A stretch of DNA of 57,405 nt from Schmidtea nova (lineage: Eukaryota): the NCBI GenBank assembly GCA_044892505.1, contig CM097882.1:230956596-231014000 (forward strand). Reading direction: 5' to 3'. The notes below the pieces were generated by a model. That model saw only the letters and a program-made list of their open reading frames with translations. It was not told the origin of the DNA and made no database searches. How positions within the stretch are numbered: position 1 is the first letter of the stretch; each line of letters opens with the position of its first letter. The position numbers were made by a program, and so were the translations under genes. Shown here piece after piece: positions 42,329 through 56,819 of this stretch.

Positions 42329-42330
<2 letters not shown>

Positions 42331-42409
<79 letters not shown>
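42331..42409. repeat. (TA)n microsatellite
   Basis: Long TA run. Others occur at ~38968, 40410, 44866 and 53843. Confidence 0.95.
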
Positions 42410-42411
<2 letters not shown>

Positions 42412-44644
42412 AACATATAAACTTCATGCCTTTTGAGGTTATATATGTATTATATATACTTTGTATTAAGATATAATGTTTTAAAATACATTTCTGATAT
42501 AAAATGCTTTCATCTCTATAAATAAATCATGACGGTTACCTAAAATAATTAATTATACACATAAAATATAAGCTATGTTAAGCTATTAATACTTCTGTGA
42601 AAACATTTTTTATTCATAAATATAAGTAAAACATCGGGAACATTATAGTGCAAAAACATGCATTTAACATCGGGAAAATGTAAATTTAATTTTTTATTTT
42701 ATCACACTTATTTCGTGTTAAGCTATGGAATATTTATTTTAAAATATATTTAACATTTTCATTTCATGCGTTTTATGGTTCTTAATATCTATACAAATGC
42801 GGTATACAGATAGCCGTAAACTTTGTGTTAAGATATAATTTTTTGATGAGGTGGTATGTAATAAATAATGGTTGCACCCAGCAATCGTCCTTAAAATATT
42901 TAGGGTAACTATTGGAGGATACTTGATTGTAAATTATGTAAAAAACATAATTATAAAATAAAAATATTATTAACTATTTAGAACAACAAGAAAATTTCGT
43001 TTCAACAAGTTTTTTTCTGTATATCGAAATTTCATCGAAATTTTACAAATTGCAATCTTTAGTTCAATTCATATCAGTAAAACTTTTTTTTTAAATTGCA
43101 TTTTTTTATTGATTATCAGTAAAATTTCTGATATATTTATTTTATCAATATCGCCAATTTTTCCGAATATTGTAAAGAAATAGCTTTTGGTCAATTCGTA
43201 TGTGTGCATTTGATTTGCACACGTGCGCTTTTGAGATTGGTTAGAAGTATTTGAATTGCATGTGTGTATTTTGATTTACATATATGCAAGTAGGTGGTAA
43301 GTTTAGAATATGGGCACTTGTGTGCATCCAATAATTTTTTAATTTTCTGGAATCTTGGTGGATGGGGATTTTCTGTGTTAGTTTTTTTGAATTTTGAGTT
43401 TTTAAAATTTTAATAAACGATTTTTTTAAATTCTAGTTTTTAAAGTTCTGAATAAAATATGACTGTTTTATTGAGAAAATTTATGAATCAAGCAACGATA
43501 TTAATAACATTGATTGTAAATCAATTATATTGTTTATTTAGGAATTATATCGAGAATCTGCTAGAAAAAGAAAGAATTAAAAGCCGAAAAACGAAAGATG
43601 ACAATTTGTTGAGTAATATCAATTTCGAGTTCAAGTCTTCTGAAATAATGTCTATAGGGAATATATGATGGCATTAGGGTATTTTGTTGAAAGGATTTAT
43701 CTGAATCTAAATGCACTAGCGGAAATCGGATTGGTGAATATTCGGTTTAATGAAACGATGTGGACTAGTAATTTGACACCGTCGGCAATGCAGTACATCT
43801 ATGGAGTGAATAATTGTTGTGTTGTACCGGACAGTGTAGATACCCTCAGCAGTAGTAGCATCTATATCGTATGACGTTAAGCCTAACACTGTTATCCGTA
43901 GCTTTGTCAGCCGACTAAATGGAGAAGTCGATTTCAATAATAATGATTCGAGGGCTTATGAATGTGCAAAATTTACAGGTATGCTAAAAAATCATTGTTT
44001 CTATAGTCCAGTGGAAGAACTAACAACTCGATTGGACAAATTAAGTCTCCTTTTTTTCAGTGCATACAATGGAAAATTTATCGAAATCAATCTTTGAATA
44101 TTGTTACAAAAAAGCAAACTGATTCATAATTGCAACGCTGTCAAATTACTCATAAAATCTATTACTAAGCGCTGGAAATGATTCTAAAATTTGAGATCAA
44201 AAGAAAATGTTCAGGATCAATGAGCTTTATTATAAGAGGTTCCTAAAAAGAATATATTAACAATGTTTTTTATTATCAAATATTTACTTTAAATGTGTTA
44301 ATTTCAAATACACTATTGAGTATTGTAAAAATTGAACAACAGGATTTTGAACTAGATTCGCTGCTAATTTTTTTCAAGAATAATTTTCATTACTTCTTTC
44401 TAAATCTTTTTAAATCAAAGATTCTAGAATAAATAAGTAATCGACTTAAATTAATTAAACTTACTTTACAATTGAGTCATTTTTAATGAAATTTATATTT
44501 ATGTCAGTTATATATAACTTTTAGAAATAAAATTAACCAATCAGAAATCGTTTATCATTTTAATTGATGTTTATTTATTAATATCATATTTATGTGTGTA
44601 CACACACTTAAATTCTATTTTAATGTTTGATATATATATATATA

Positions 44645-44861
44645 TTATCAATAATTCTCATAATGATGACTATAGATCAAAATTTTCTTTATAAAAAATA
44701 CCACAATATTTCGGCACAGCCTTTATCAAGTGTGTATTGTGTATTGTGTGCCGAAATATTGCGGTATTGTTTATAAAGAAAATTTGGATCTATAGTTATC
44801 ATTATGAGAATTATTGATAATAATAATAAAAAAAAATCAAAGGAGAAAAAAGATAATTATG

Positions 44862-44866
<5 letters not shown>
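44645..44866. mobile_element. Inverted pair of PLE terminal fragments (mini-palindrome)
   Basis: A reverse PLE end at 44645-44740 is joined via gtgtattgtgtattgt to a forward PLE end, with (TA)n on both sides. Confidence 0.8.
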
Positions 44867-44902
<36 letters not shown>

Positions 44903-46021
44903 ATATGTGTTTTAAAATATTTTTCTTTTAATAGATAAATTATATCCCAATTACTGGAATCTTATCATGACGAAAACTGTCATCATTCCGTGGAAATTTA
45001 CTATTTCCTACACACATAATTGCATCACTTACTTATTATCTCCCTTTTGTATAATAACTAGAATATTAAATTATATATACTTTTACAATCTTCATAAGGA
45101 TCACTTGAAGCAATTTCAGTCTTTGAATAAATGTATTTTTCAAATTACTTTGTGATAATAATTTTAATATTAATAATAAAACAAAAATAATAAAAATAAA
45201 TAATACTTTTGAGAGTATAAAATGGTGATTCCCTGGTAGCAGTATTAGTATTAAATAAATTAATAAGAAAATAAGCCTTTGCTGCAAAAACAATTTTATT
45301 CAGTGAGAAAATTTTCGATTATAAAATAATCCTCGTCAATTTCTAATTCGGCATGTAACTGATATCTTCATTCATTCTGCTATTTTTTCTCTCGTTAATT
45401 ATCTTCCTTTTCATTGGATGTTAATCTGATTAATATAAATTTAAATTGTTTTCTAATTGTTTTTTTTTAATTTTAAATATAAAATTTTAAAAATAAATTT
45501 TTAAAATAAATATTTTTTCGAATAAATAAATTTATCCTTTTCTTAAAATTTAAAGATTTTTCCTTTTTTGTCTGTAATTTAAATTTTCCAAACCTTTATA
45601 TTTGATTTTTTTTTATTTTGAATTTAATTATATCTCTTTGAAATGCCTTTGTATTCTCTGTACTATTTCTTTTCCTCCCCATTTGTTTCCTTTTCTTCAT
45701 TTTTTCCTTTATATAACCACATGTTTTTAACAAGATAACAAGTGGGCAATTTCGCTAGCTTCCTCTTTAGAGTTAATTTTTGGGTGTTTCTCTCCAATGA
45801 GAATAGCTTCTTTAAGTCTGAGATTTTTTTTCGTCATTTTCACTTGTCAATATTCTCACTGATATTAATTTTTCCTTATTTTCTGTCTGACATTGTTGAA
45901 GATGTCTATATACAGATGTCTTTCTACCAGGATCAAGATGTTCTTTGATTCTCTGATGCAAGGTCCGAAGGGTGATCCCGAAAGAAATTTCTTCTCATTT
46001 ATTACACATGATGCTATAGAC

Positions 46022-46328
46022 CAGGGTTGGGCAAACTACGGCCCGCGGGCCGCATGTGGCCCGAATAATATTTTTATGCGGCCCGCTAAATCCAAGTTAG
46101 ATTTCTTTTAAAAATTTAAAAAACAAAGTTTCTTAATTTTTCAAGCAAATATGTTTAATGTACCTTTCAACCTTAAAATAATAAATGGGGGAACATTGTT
46201 TTTTCTTCAAAAACATTACATTTTATAGCAATTATCAATATTAATTATTTTACTTTTATACTATGCGGCCCTATAAAATTTTGAAACTATATATGCGGCC
46301 CTTGTACTAAAAAGTTTGCCCACTCCTG
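46022..46328. mobile_element. hAT (Charlie-like) MITE, 307 bp
   Basis: TIRs CAGGGTTGGGCAAACT and AGTTTGCCCACTCCTG (14/16) with 8-bp TSD CTATAGAC. Confidence 0.92.
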
Positions 46329-46559
46329 CTATAGACAATGTTTTTGCGAAAGCATATTTTCTTTGGTGTCTGGCAATTTCCCATCTTACATGTATTTTCT
46401 TTTCCGTGTTGTTAGCCAGAGCTTGTCTCAATGTGTTAGATCTATGTGCCAGACGAATCGGAAGACCAGTGAAATTAAGTTCTTTGATGATCATACTTTT
46501 GAGATAATTAATATTTCCGACGACGTGCTCCCATAAATAAAATAATTACTCTTTCTGAC

Positions 46560-47790
46560 GACAATATTCCTATAAATGTCCAAAATTGTTGTTTCCTTGT
46601 TTCCAATGTTTAATTTGTTTGAGTAAAATGTATGCCATTGTGAAAATGGATGTTTCCAACTCCGCTTTGAAAACTTTAATTTTACCTGATAAATTAAATG
46701 ATGTAATAAAGGAAATAGGTTCCGTCAAGATACCATTTGAAAAATATGCTGAATTTCAATTATTTACCATTTCAAATTCTACAAGACGAAGAGTAATACC
46801 TTTTTGGATGAAGGTATTGCTCTATTAAATGAAAAGAGTTCTATAATTAATAATAATGGGAGTAATTAGGTTATTAACAAATTTAATGAAATTCATTTTT
46901 CTTGACTAAATTTGCCCAAATAATTTGTTTAAGCGGTAAAGGACACATACACACTACAAATTCTTTAATATAAAAATTTTTTTACTCTTAATGCAATTAA
47001 TTCTGGTGTATTATGTTTAATATATAACATTTTAACTACTTTGAAATATGATCAGTTCGATATTTATAGAAATAGAGCCATTGACTATAATCTTGCCGTT
47101 CTTTACTTTGACCTTTCAGGTATGCCCATGAGATTTTGATAGATCCCAAAATTTGAGGATAAATTCGCGATCTTTCCATTCATGCTTTATCTTACGATGA
47201 AGATGCTTTACTTGATACCTTGGCAAATTTCGAAGTTTTCAAACATCTTTGTGTTGAGATTATCCATCGGTCGAAAGTTGTTGGGAGAGTTCTAATTAAT
47301 TTAATTTTGTTAGAATGTGGTGAAGTAAATCATTGTATCGCTGTTACCGATCTTGAAAAGCTTTTTAATTATTATAATAAATCGCTTTCTGTTGATCGCA
47401 AACAAAGCATATGGTGTCATCGATGCTTAGATAAGTTTAAAAATAAATAAAATTTAAATCAAGACTTTTGTGCTAAATATCAATTGCGTACAACTCTTTA
47501 TACTTTACCTTGAAATAAAAGTTATAAAATTTAGCAACTAGGCCAATACCAATAATCCAACGTTATTGTTTAAGTCTATTGTGAGACAATCTTACTTATC
47601 TACGACAATTACTTTCTACGAAATGTCACCATCTACGTCGGTCCTTTATATGTCAATGATTTCTCAAGTGAAAATAAATATACAAAGATTTTTAGGTGTC
47701 GATTGTGTAACGATGTTCAGTTCATTAACATCATCGTAGAGTCGAAATTCCAAAGGGACCTCGAGATTTATACGGTAATGTGAAAAGACA
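46560..47790 (+). pseudogene. Decayed Polinton/adintovirus-type protein-primed PolB-associated region
   Basis: Fragments GSVKIP, PKFEDKF, INLILL..NHCIAVTDLEKL..WCHRCLDKF and LP..KVIKFSN recall the N-terminal region of these elements. Many stops. Confidence 0.4.
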
Positions 47791-47821
47791 GAATAAAATA
47801 TTAAAATTATATATGCTAGAG

Positions 47822-48244
47822 CAGGGGTCTGAAAAAATGACGCTTCAAAAAAATGGTGGCCTCAAACACTTTTTAATCCAATTCAATAATCAAAACAACT
47901 GTCTTTTACATATGGTGGTTATAATTAGCCAGGAAAATGAGTTTGTTCTTTTAATAAATTAGTTTTTATGTAAAGAAATTCAATTCAATTCGTTTAAATG
48001 TAAAGTTTCACAGGCATATTATTTTCAGAAAGATGTTAATTTTATTATTTTCGCTTCTTGTGTGTTTACGATGTGCTTATATTGTCGATTTTAATTTTAA
48101 GTTAAATTAAATTTAAAATCAAATTTTATTTTCTGAAAATAAACTATAAAAAAATATTTTTTTTAGATTTTAATCATAGTGGTAATGGTCGCACAAAATA
48201 CAACGGCCGAATGCGGTCAAATGGCCCAATTTTGGACACCCCTG
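47822..48244. mobile_element. hAT-type MITE, 423 bp
   Basis: CAGGGGT...ACCCCTG ends with 8-bp TSD TGCTAGAG. Confidence 0.88.
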
Positions 48245-50741
48245 TGCTAGAGTATTAAGTACAAATATTTTTATACAATTACTTTAATTAAGTGAAAAGG
48301 TTTGGTATGGTGTCGGCTTCTCTGAAGTTGACCACTTTCTTGAATTTCGAAAAAAGTCACAATTAGCAGTTCCCATTAAATATATATAATATACGAAAAA
48401 TAATAAAACGATATCGAAAACCAGTTTTATCATGAAATCATGGTTGAATTTGTTAGTCATATAAATAAACAAGAACAAATTCGTAAAACATATTTGTTTT
48501 CTTAGTCATCAACTAAATGACAAATTATAATATATAAACTAAATAAATACCTTTACCTTTACAGTTTTAGAAAAGTCTTATTATATAAAATTATATTAAA
48601 TAGCATTCCCAAAATAAATAACAGCCTTAGTAAAATATTTAATTTAATATAAAGTGAATTTAAATATAANNNNNNNNNNNNNNNNNNNNNNNNNNNNNNN
48701 NNNNNNNNNNNNNNNNNNNNNNNNNNNNNNNNNNNNNNNNNNNNNNNNNNNNNNNNNNNNNNNNNNNNNNNNNNNNNNNNNNNNNNNNNNNNNNNNNNNN
48801 NNNNNNNNNNNNNNNNNNNNNNNNNNNNNNNNNNNNNNNNNNNNNNNNNNNNNNNNNNNNNNNNNNNNNNNNNNNNNNNNNNNNNNNNNNNNNNNNNNNN
48901 NNNNNNNNNNNNNNNNNNNNNNNNNNNNNNNNNNNNNNNNNNNNNNNNNNNNNNNNNNNNNNNNNNNNNNATTTCATAATAATTTATTTTTGCAAAATTT
49001 TATAAAAATTCATAAAATTATATAATTAATAGAAAATCAAAAATATTAAAGAGATGTTAATTCCAAAAAAACAAAATTCTTCCATTTATTTTATGCATTC
49101 TCCTATAAAGAAATGAAGCGAAATCGAAATAAGAAAAATTAATAATACATAATTAATAATCTTAATGACAATATTTGACGAGAATGTGAGTATAATGGAG
49201 ATAGGCGTTGGCCTCTCCTTTTTGTTGAATTCTCCATCTCACATCAAAGTTGAATTAGTAAAATTAAATTGGCAAAGCAATAGGAATTTACTAATTGTGT
49301 CAACCCATTTTACTTATTGACACATTTATCTCATGCTGCAATTTGGTGATTTTATTAATGCTTTTCCCAGAAAGTTCGAGAGACTGTTTATAATTAGATA
49401 GTAAATTTTTGATAGCGCTTTTCGGTATAAAATATTCCCCTTTTTCAATATAAATCGTCAAATTTCTATTGGACAATAAAAAATGGCCATATTTCTACAA
49501 AAAAAATTACTTTCCAATTTTTACCATCGTTGAAAGATTTTCGTTTTTTTATTTTTAATTTGTTTAACAGTTTATTTGAATTTAAAAATTCTGATTAATG
49601 AATTGCTTGATTTAAACAAAAAATAGATTAATTAATAGATTCTTGATATTGATGGATAATTGCATGAATATTTTATTTCATTGACAGTCAACAAAATTAA
49701 ATTATATTTTAAAATTAATTCAAATTTTAGCCAATACAATTTTACTAAATCGAAATTAATTATTTATTTATGAAAACTTTTCGATCAATCAAAAATTTTA
49801 TTAAAGATATTAATCGATAATAAATCACATAATTAATTATATTTATTTACGAGGAAATATCCAGGCAGTGGAGATTGCCACTGAAATTTTAAAATAAAAA
49901 TATATGCCAATAAAAATGTCTCAAAATTTTTTTAAACGCATGAAACAGTATCTTAAATTTTATTTTGAATGATATATTAAAATAAAATTCATGCAAAAAA
50001 TTAAAATAATTTATTTAAAGAAATATGATATTTTCTAATTGTTAAATTAACTGTATTAAAACAGAATAATGGAAATAGAACGATTAATAAAAAGGTTATT
50101 TAATTCAAGATGAATATAAGACAGGAATTTAATGTGAATAAGTAAATAAAATAGTTCATTTATACTGTTCAGAAATTCATCAAAATTCCTATTGTGTTAA
50201 AAACGCTTTTTATACCATTGTATACAAGTAGGATAAGCTGGATGAAAGTCTTAAAATAATTTATGAATCTTGTTGAATATATTAATATGTTTTGCAAAGG
50301 TATTCCTTTGATTTTTTTTGAAAAAAAATAATATTTACCTTTAGTTTTAGGTTCTATTGGGAGGAGTAAAACCCTCTCAAAATCAAAGCCCCATACTATC
50401 TGCGTGATTATTAAAAGAAAAGAAAACATTTCTAAGAGTTTTAATGTTAAGCTAACAGTGCAGTTACGGATACTTGAAAAATGTGCACAATGAAAATTGA
50501 TAGCATATAATATAACATTAAATTTATTTAATTTGTTTTATTAAATTGCTAAAATTAAATTTTATATTAACTGTATTTTACATAGGCAGCTTTATAAATT
50601 TCTCCTTATTGTTGACACAGTTTTGGTTAAAAAAAAACTTAATGTAAATCATTTCATTTTCATTTTTTCAAAATATTATTTTCAGTTGTTCAAAGGAGAA
50701 AGCTGATCAGGTTTTAATAGTCAAAGCAGATTCTAAAAAGC

Positions 50742-51230
50742 CAGAGGCGTAACTAGGGTATGGCAGGCATGGCACGTGCCATGGGCGCCAACTGAAGGGG
50801 GCGCGAAAAAGCGCCTAACGTATATATACGCAAATGAAAATAAAAAAAAATATTTTTATAGATATAAATATGTGTATTAAAAAACTGCGTAGGAAAAAGC
50901 ACGCATTCGTTTTTGGTTTGTTTGTCCATGTTTTACATGTCTCTAACTCTCTTTCTCTCTACAAATGTGATTTTGTATTTGAAAAAAAGAAATGCAGAAT
51001 AAAAGCGTGTGTTGTGTTCTGTTCTAAAGCTGTTCGGAATACGGGGAATCCCCGTCGCGTAGCACATGCATCGGCTAAAGCAAGAAAGATAAATTTGTAA
51101 TAAAGTGTTAATAGATTTAACTTGTGTGCTTTTTTTACCCAATTCTAAAGTAGTTTTTTAGAAAATAAAACGTAAGTAACCTATCGTCGGGGATGGGCGC
51201 AAGATCGGTGTTTGTCATAGGCACAATTTA
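50742..51230. mobile_element. Probable degenerate hAT-type MITE
   Basis: GC-rich start cagaggcgtaactaggg..ggcacgtgccatgggcgcc. The right end is eroded and no TSD was seen. Confidence 0.4.
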
Positions 51231-52559
51231 CTGTATAAAGCAAATACATTTAAAAAATAATATTTCATGACATCATTATCCATTATATTTAAATCCATTA
51301 ATTAGAATAATATTTTAAGTTTAATATGATTTTCGGTAGTAATATATTTTATTTCCAATTTCACATATCTTCTATTTAATAACTGTGGTAGACATTTTGG
51401 TATTCATTTTTGGAGTATCTATAGCAAAAGATTTAATTTTAAATAGTCGGCCTTGTGACTAAAATGGTAAAATCAAGGTTTGCATAAACAGAATTAAATT
51501 TTACCACCAATTTCTTAATTAATACATGTGCTATATGTTAAATTTGTTATTTACCTCTGTGAGAGGATATTTGTATGTTCAAATATTTTTGATTGTGATC
51601 TCTGTTCGTTCGGTTATTTTAATTATGAGGTGAAGATATTGTAGAGCCCAGTAGAGTCTCCGATAAAAATTGGTCTCGGGACAGCTGGAGTAAATATTGT
51701 ATAGATAATGTAATTGTGAGATTGTATGCGTGCTATGTCGTGAATTATAATGTTATAAAACAATAATAACGTATAACAACTTTTCTTATTAATTGAAAAA
51801 AATCAGATTATAACAACGGTACTCGCGAAATTCTTCCTGTAAGGTCGCGAGGTAATATAGGTTGTCGACTTGAGTTTTCCAAAACTGTTCATGGATATTT
51901 GATGATTCTCGCTTTCTTGATTTTCTTCGGCAACTTTCTTTTTTTTATTTCCAAATTTCTTTCGTAATTTTCTGTTATCTTGTAATTTTCGTAATATTGT
52001 TAGGCAATTAATTTCCGTGGATTAATTTTCTCTTTAGTAATTTTATTAGTTGATTTTTTAATTGATTTCTTTTTGTATTTGAAATTTTTAATTTATTATT
52101 ATTAAACTTATTTTCCAGGCATATTTGCCAACAACAACAAAATAATAATAAAAAGGGGACTATCCTGTGTCCGCCAGGATTCCCATATTAATAATAATAA
52201 CAGCGACAATAATAATCATAAAAATACAGCGTTAACAATAATAATAATAAAAATTATAATACAAGATATTCAAATCGGCGGTTGATTGCTGTATTAAATG
52301 CGGCCCGACATAAAATCGTAAAATGCCTTAAAAATTTGAGAACTTTATGTGATTATTTATTTGATTTTTAGAAATTTGTGATATCGACAATTTTAACAGA
52401 CATTTTTGTTTATTTTTTGTTTATTTTTAAATTCCTTGAAAATTTAGGAAATATTTTTTTTTAATTTGAAAACAATTTTTATATAAATAATATTGAAACA
52501 AATTTTTACAATAATAACTCCTTTAATTTTAAAACAATTTTGTCTCTTAAATTTTGTAT

Positions 52560-53200
52560 TTGTTTTCATACTCGCATCTCAATTTTTTTTAAATGTTTGA
52601 TCTCCTCAACATCTCTTCGAATTTACATCTTTAAATAAATAACTCATGTATTTTCTTTATTATAGTGTAAGGCTCTTCTAATTTTATTTCATCTTTATTT
52701 TGAATTTCTCTTTTGATCACCGATTCTCCCAAATCAAAATTCCTTAGAGTTTTCCTTTAACTTGATTTTAATTTTTCTCTTTTATTGTCTCTTATCTTTT
52801 CTATTTATTTCACTTTTCTTGTGGGTTTGCATCCTATCAATTTTCCTTCCACAAATGAACTGTTTCATTTGGTGTGTATTCTATTTCCGGTACAAATTTT
52901 GTTTAATATATTCTTCCATCCTCAATTACTGACACATTGCTATACTCTCTGATCGTACTACTATATCTCTTATGTTATATCATTTCTTGTTATCATTGTT
53001 CACAAACTTCATTGAATTTATAATACCCTGTTTTTTCCGTTATAGTCCATAAGAACATTTTAACATGATCCTACTTCGATAATTAATATCATTTAAGTAC
53101 AATTTCTTTGCAATACGTGATACGGTTTGTTAGAGGTAGTGAAAACCTTTTTTAAGAATATCAGTTAGCAAAGTGAGATTTATTAGGTGTGACTTATAAC
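52560..53200 (-). pseudogene. Heavily decayed Ty3/gypsy integrase-like fragment
   Basis: Minus-strand pieces such as ..NTHQ..ICGRKI and FDLGESVIKR..KLEEPYTIIKKI. Many stops. Confidence 0.3.
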
Positions 53201-53837
53201 GGAAAGACAGGGTAATATCTATATTATTATTTAATTATTAAGTTACCCATAAATTGCTAAAAAATAAGAATTACAACGAAATTCAAAATTATTAGTATAA
53301 GAAAACAAATAAATTGGAAAATATGAGAATAAAATTAACTTTAAAAAAGAACACCAAAGGTTTTATTATTTCACGAATTAATTGAATACGTATAAAAATA
53401 TTTAATAAGATGTTTAATTTAATAAATATAAAAAAATATATTTGCTAATAAACTTTAACTATAAAAAATTCATTTATCAATAAATATTACTTTAAAACAA
53501 TTTATTTTACAAACGCCAATTGATATTTTGACGCAAGTAGAATTTTATAATCATAATTTTTAGATAATTATTATAATAAATTTAANNNNNNNNNNNNNNN
53601 NNNNNNNNNNNNNNNNNNNNNNNNNNNNNNNNNNNNNNNNNNNNNNNNNNNNNNNNNNNNNNNNNNNNNNNNNNNNNNNNNNNNNNNNNNNNNNNNNNNN
53701 NNNNNNNNNNNNNNNNNNNNNNNNNNNNNNNNNNNNNNNNNNNNNNNNNNNNNNNNNNNNNNNNNNNNNNNNNNNAAAGAGGAAATTATATTGGAGAAAT
53801 CAAAATTGTAAGAGGAGATTGGAAAAGAAACTTATTG

Positions 53838-53904
<67 letters not shown>

Positions 53905-54452
53905 ATTTTGATTGTAAAATAATAGCAAACTTTGAATTAGCATTTAAATTAAAAAATAGAAAATTTATTTATTTACATATTTACATTAATAATTACTTTC
54001 AAGGAAATGCATAATGAAAGTTTTCTGAAATAAAATACGAGATGGCTGCTAATAATCAAAATTCGAAAATATTATTTAAAGCAGTAAGAAAGGTCAGTTG
54101 TAGAAAACAATCAGTGATGAAGAAAGTGAATAAAAAATTAATATGCTTTACTCACCAAGACTTCAGACGCGTAGAACTTGTCTCCATATTGGTTTTTAGG
54201 AAATATATAGCAAAATTATTAAATACAAGAAATAAATGATAAATTGATCTTCACAGACAAAACTTTACAAGTTAAAAGGGTCGACTCTCACAATTTCCAA
54301 TATTTACTCGAAATTAAAATCTTTAATGATAATCTATTAACAATCGAATCACCAATAAAAATTCAAAAAAACAAAAGATAACACAAATTGATCTCCTCCG
54401 TCAAAAATAAAGTGTTAACTCCTGCAATTTCTAAATAAAAAACACGGTTCTA

Positions 54453-54614
54453 GGATAAAATGGTAACGGACAAAATGGTACGGACAAAATGGTATGAGGA
54501 CAAAATGGTATGAGGACATAATGGTAGCAGACAAAATGGTACGGACAAAATGGTATGAGGACAAAATGGTAACGGACGAAATGGTACGGACAAAATGGTA
54601 CGGACAAAATGATA
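54453..54614 (+). repeat. Minisatellite of GGACAAAATGGT units
   Basis: About 11 copies with 1-5-nt variable linkers. Confidence 0.9.
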
Positions 54615-54964
54615 CAAATTAACTAAAACAATTTACCTAACAAGTTTTTTATTTATTTTAACTCCATTTATAGCAATATTTAAAAATAATAATTATTATT
54701 TAAAAATATTCTTTAATTCTAGATAAATTATTTAATTAAATTATTTAATTCTAGATAGATTATTTAATTTCGGTTTTGTTTTACTGAACATAATAAACAG
54801 ACCTTTTTGTATAATATAGCGCTCCAGCAATGCTTCAGAAATAATTTATCTAGATTTAAAAAATATTTTTAAATAATAATAATTATATTTAATAATAATA
54901 ATTTTATAATAATAATAATAATAATATAATATAATAATAATATAATAATAATATAGGGAAATGT

Positions 54965-55876
54965 AAAAAATAGAAAATTTTTAGGCGTTTAATTAAAAAA
55001 TAGAAAAGAAATTATTTTAATATAAAAAATAGAAAAGAAAATATTTTAATATAAAAAATAGAAAAGAAATTATTTTAATATAAAAAATAGAAAATAAATT
55101 ATTTTAATATAAAAAATAGAAAATAAATTATTTTAATATAAAAAATAGAAAATTAAATATTTTAATATAAAAAATAGAAAATAAATTATTTTAATATAAA
55201 AAATAGAAAATTAAATATTTTAATAAAAAAAATAGAAAAGAAACTATTTTAATATAAAAAATAGAAAATAAAATATTTTAATAAAAAAATAGAAAATAAA
55301 ATATTTTAATAAAAAAATAGAAAATAAAATTAAACAATTGAAACAATGGATCATCACTTATATCTTTTAGTATATTAAAAATATAATACAACGAATTTTA
55401 ACAATTAAAAACCAATATAATTTATTGAAATTATTGAAAAGACAATAATTATATATATTTTATAGAACACAATACTGTTTATTTATACTGTCTTGATTTT
55501 TTACAAAAACTAAACTTCCACCCCATGACAACAACCAGCAATACACATGATATTATAGCGCTAAAATGCAATCAATTAGTTGCAGAATTTCGAATATTTT
55601 CTTTTCTATTTTTTATATTAAAATATTTTCTTTTCTATTTTTTATATTAAAATATTTAATTTTCTATTTTTTATATTAAAATAATTTATTTTCTATTTTT
55701 TATATTAAAATAATTTATTTTCTATTTTTTATATTAAAATAATTTCTTTTCTATTTTTTATATTAAAATATTTTCTTTTCTATTTTTTATATTAAAATAT
55801 TTTCTTTTCTATTTTTTATATTAAAATATTTTCTTTTCTATTTTTTAAATAAACGCTTAAAAATTTTCTATTTTTT
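54965..55876. mobile_element. Foldback element with arms built of ~29-bp tandem repeats
   Basis: The aaaaaatagaaaagaaattattttaatat array (54965-55330) is mirrored by its reverse complement (55595-55876), and the outer ends match. Confidence 0.75.
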
Positions 55877-56819
55877 CAACTGCNNNNNNNNNNNNNNNNN
55901 NNNNNNNNNNNNNNNNNNNNNNNNNNNNNNNNNNNNNNNNNNNNNNNNNNNNNNNNNNNNNNNNNNNNNNNNNNNNNNNNNNNNNNNNNNNNNNNNNNNN
56001 NNNNNNNNNNNNNNNNNNNNNNNNNNNNNNNNNNNNNNNNNNNNNNNNNNNNNNNNNNNNNNNNNNNNNNNNNNNNNNNNNNNNNNNNNNNNNNNNNNNN
56101 NNNNNNNNNNNNNNNNNNNNNNNNNNNNNNNNNNNNNNNNNNNNNNNNNNNNNNNNNNNNNNNNNNNNNNNNNNNNNNNNNNNNNNNNNNNNNNNNNNNN
56201 NAGAAGCGCCCAAGAACAGGAACAGACCCCCCTAAAAAATTTTTTACCCCCCCTAAAAAAAATTTTTACCCCCCCTAAAAAATTTTTTATTTTTTAATTT
56301 GGTTTAAATGAAGTGAATTTTATTTTATTATTTNNNNNNNNNNNNNNNNNNNNNNNNNNNNNNNNNNNNNNNNNNNNNNNNNNNNNNNNNNNNNNNNNNN
56401 NNNNNNNNNNNNNNNNNNNNNNNNNNNNNNNNNNNNNNNNNNNNNNNNNNNNNNNNNNNNNNNNNNNNNNNNNNNNTTTTTAATAATTTTTATTAANNNN
56501 NNNNNNNNNNNNNNNNNNNNNNNNNNNNNNNNNNNNNNNNNNNNNNNNNNNNNNNNNNNNNNNNNNNNNNNNNNNNNNNNNNNNNNNNNNNNNNNNNNNN
56601 NNNNNNNNNNNNNNNNNNNNNNNNNNNNNNNNTAATAATTTATTTTGTATAATTTATTTTGTATAATTTATTTTTATTAATTTTAATTTATTTTAATTTA
56701 TTTTTAATAATTTATTTTTAATAATTTATTTTTATTAATTTATTTTTATTAATTTTTATTAATTTATATTAATTATTAATTTTAATTTATTTATTTTTAT
56801 TTATTTTTATTAATTTTTG

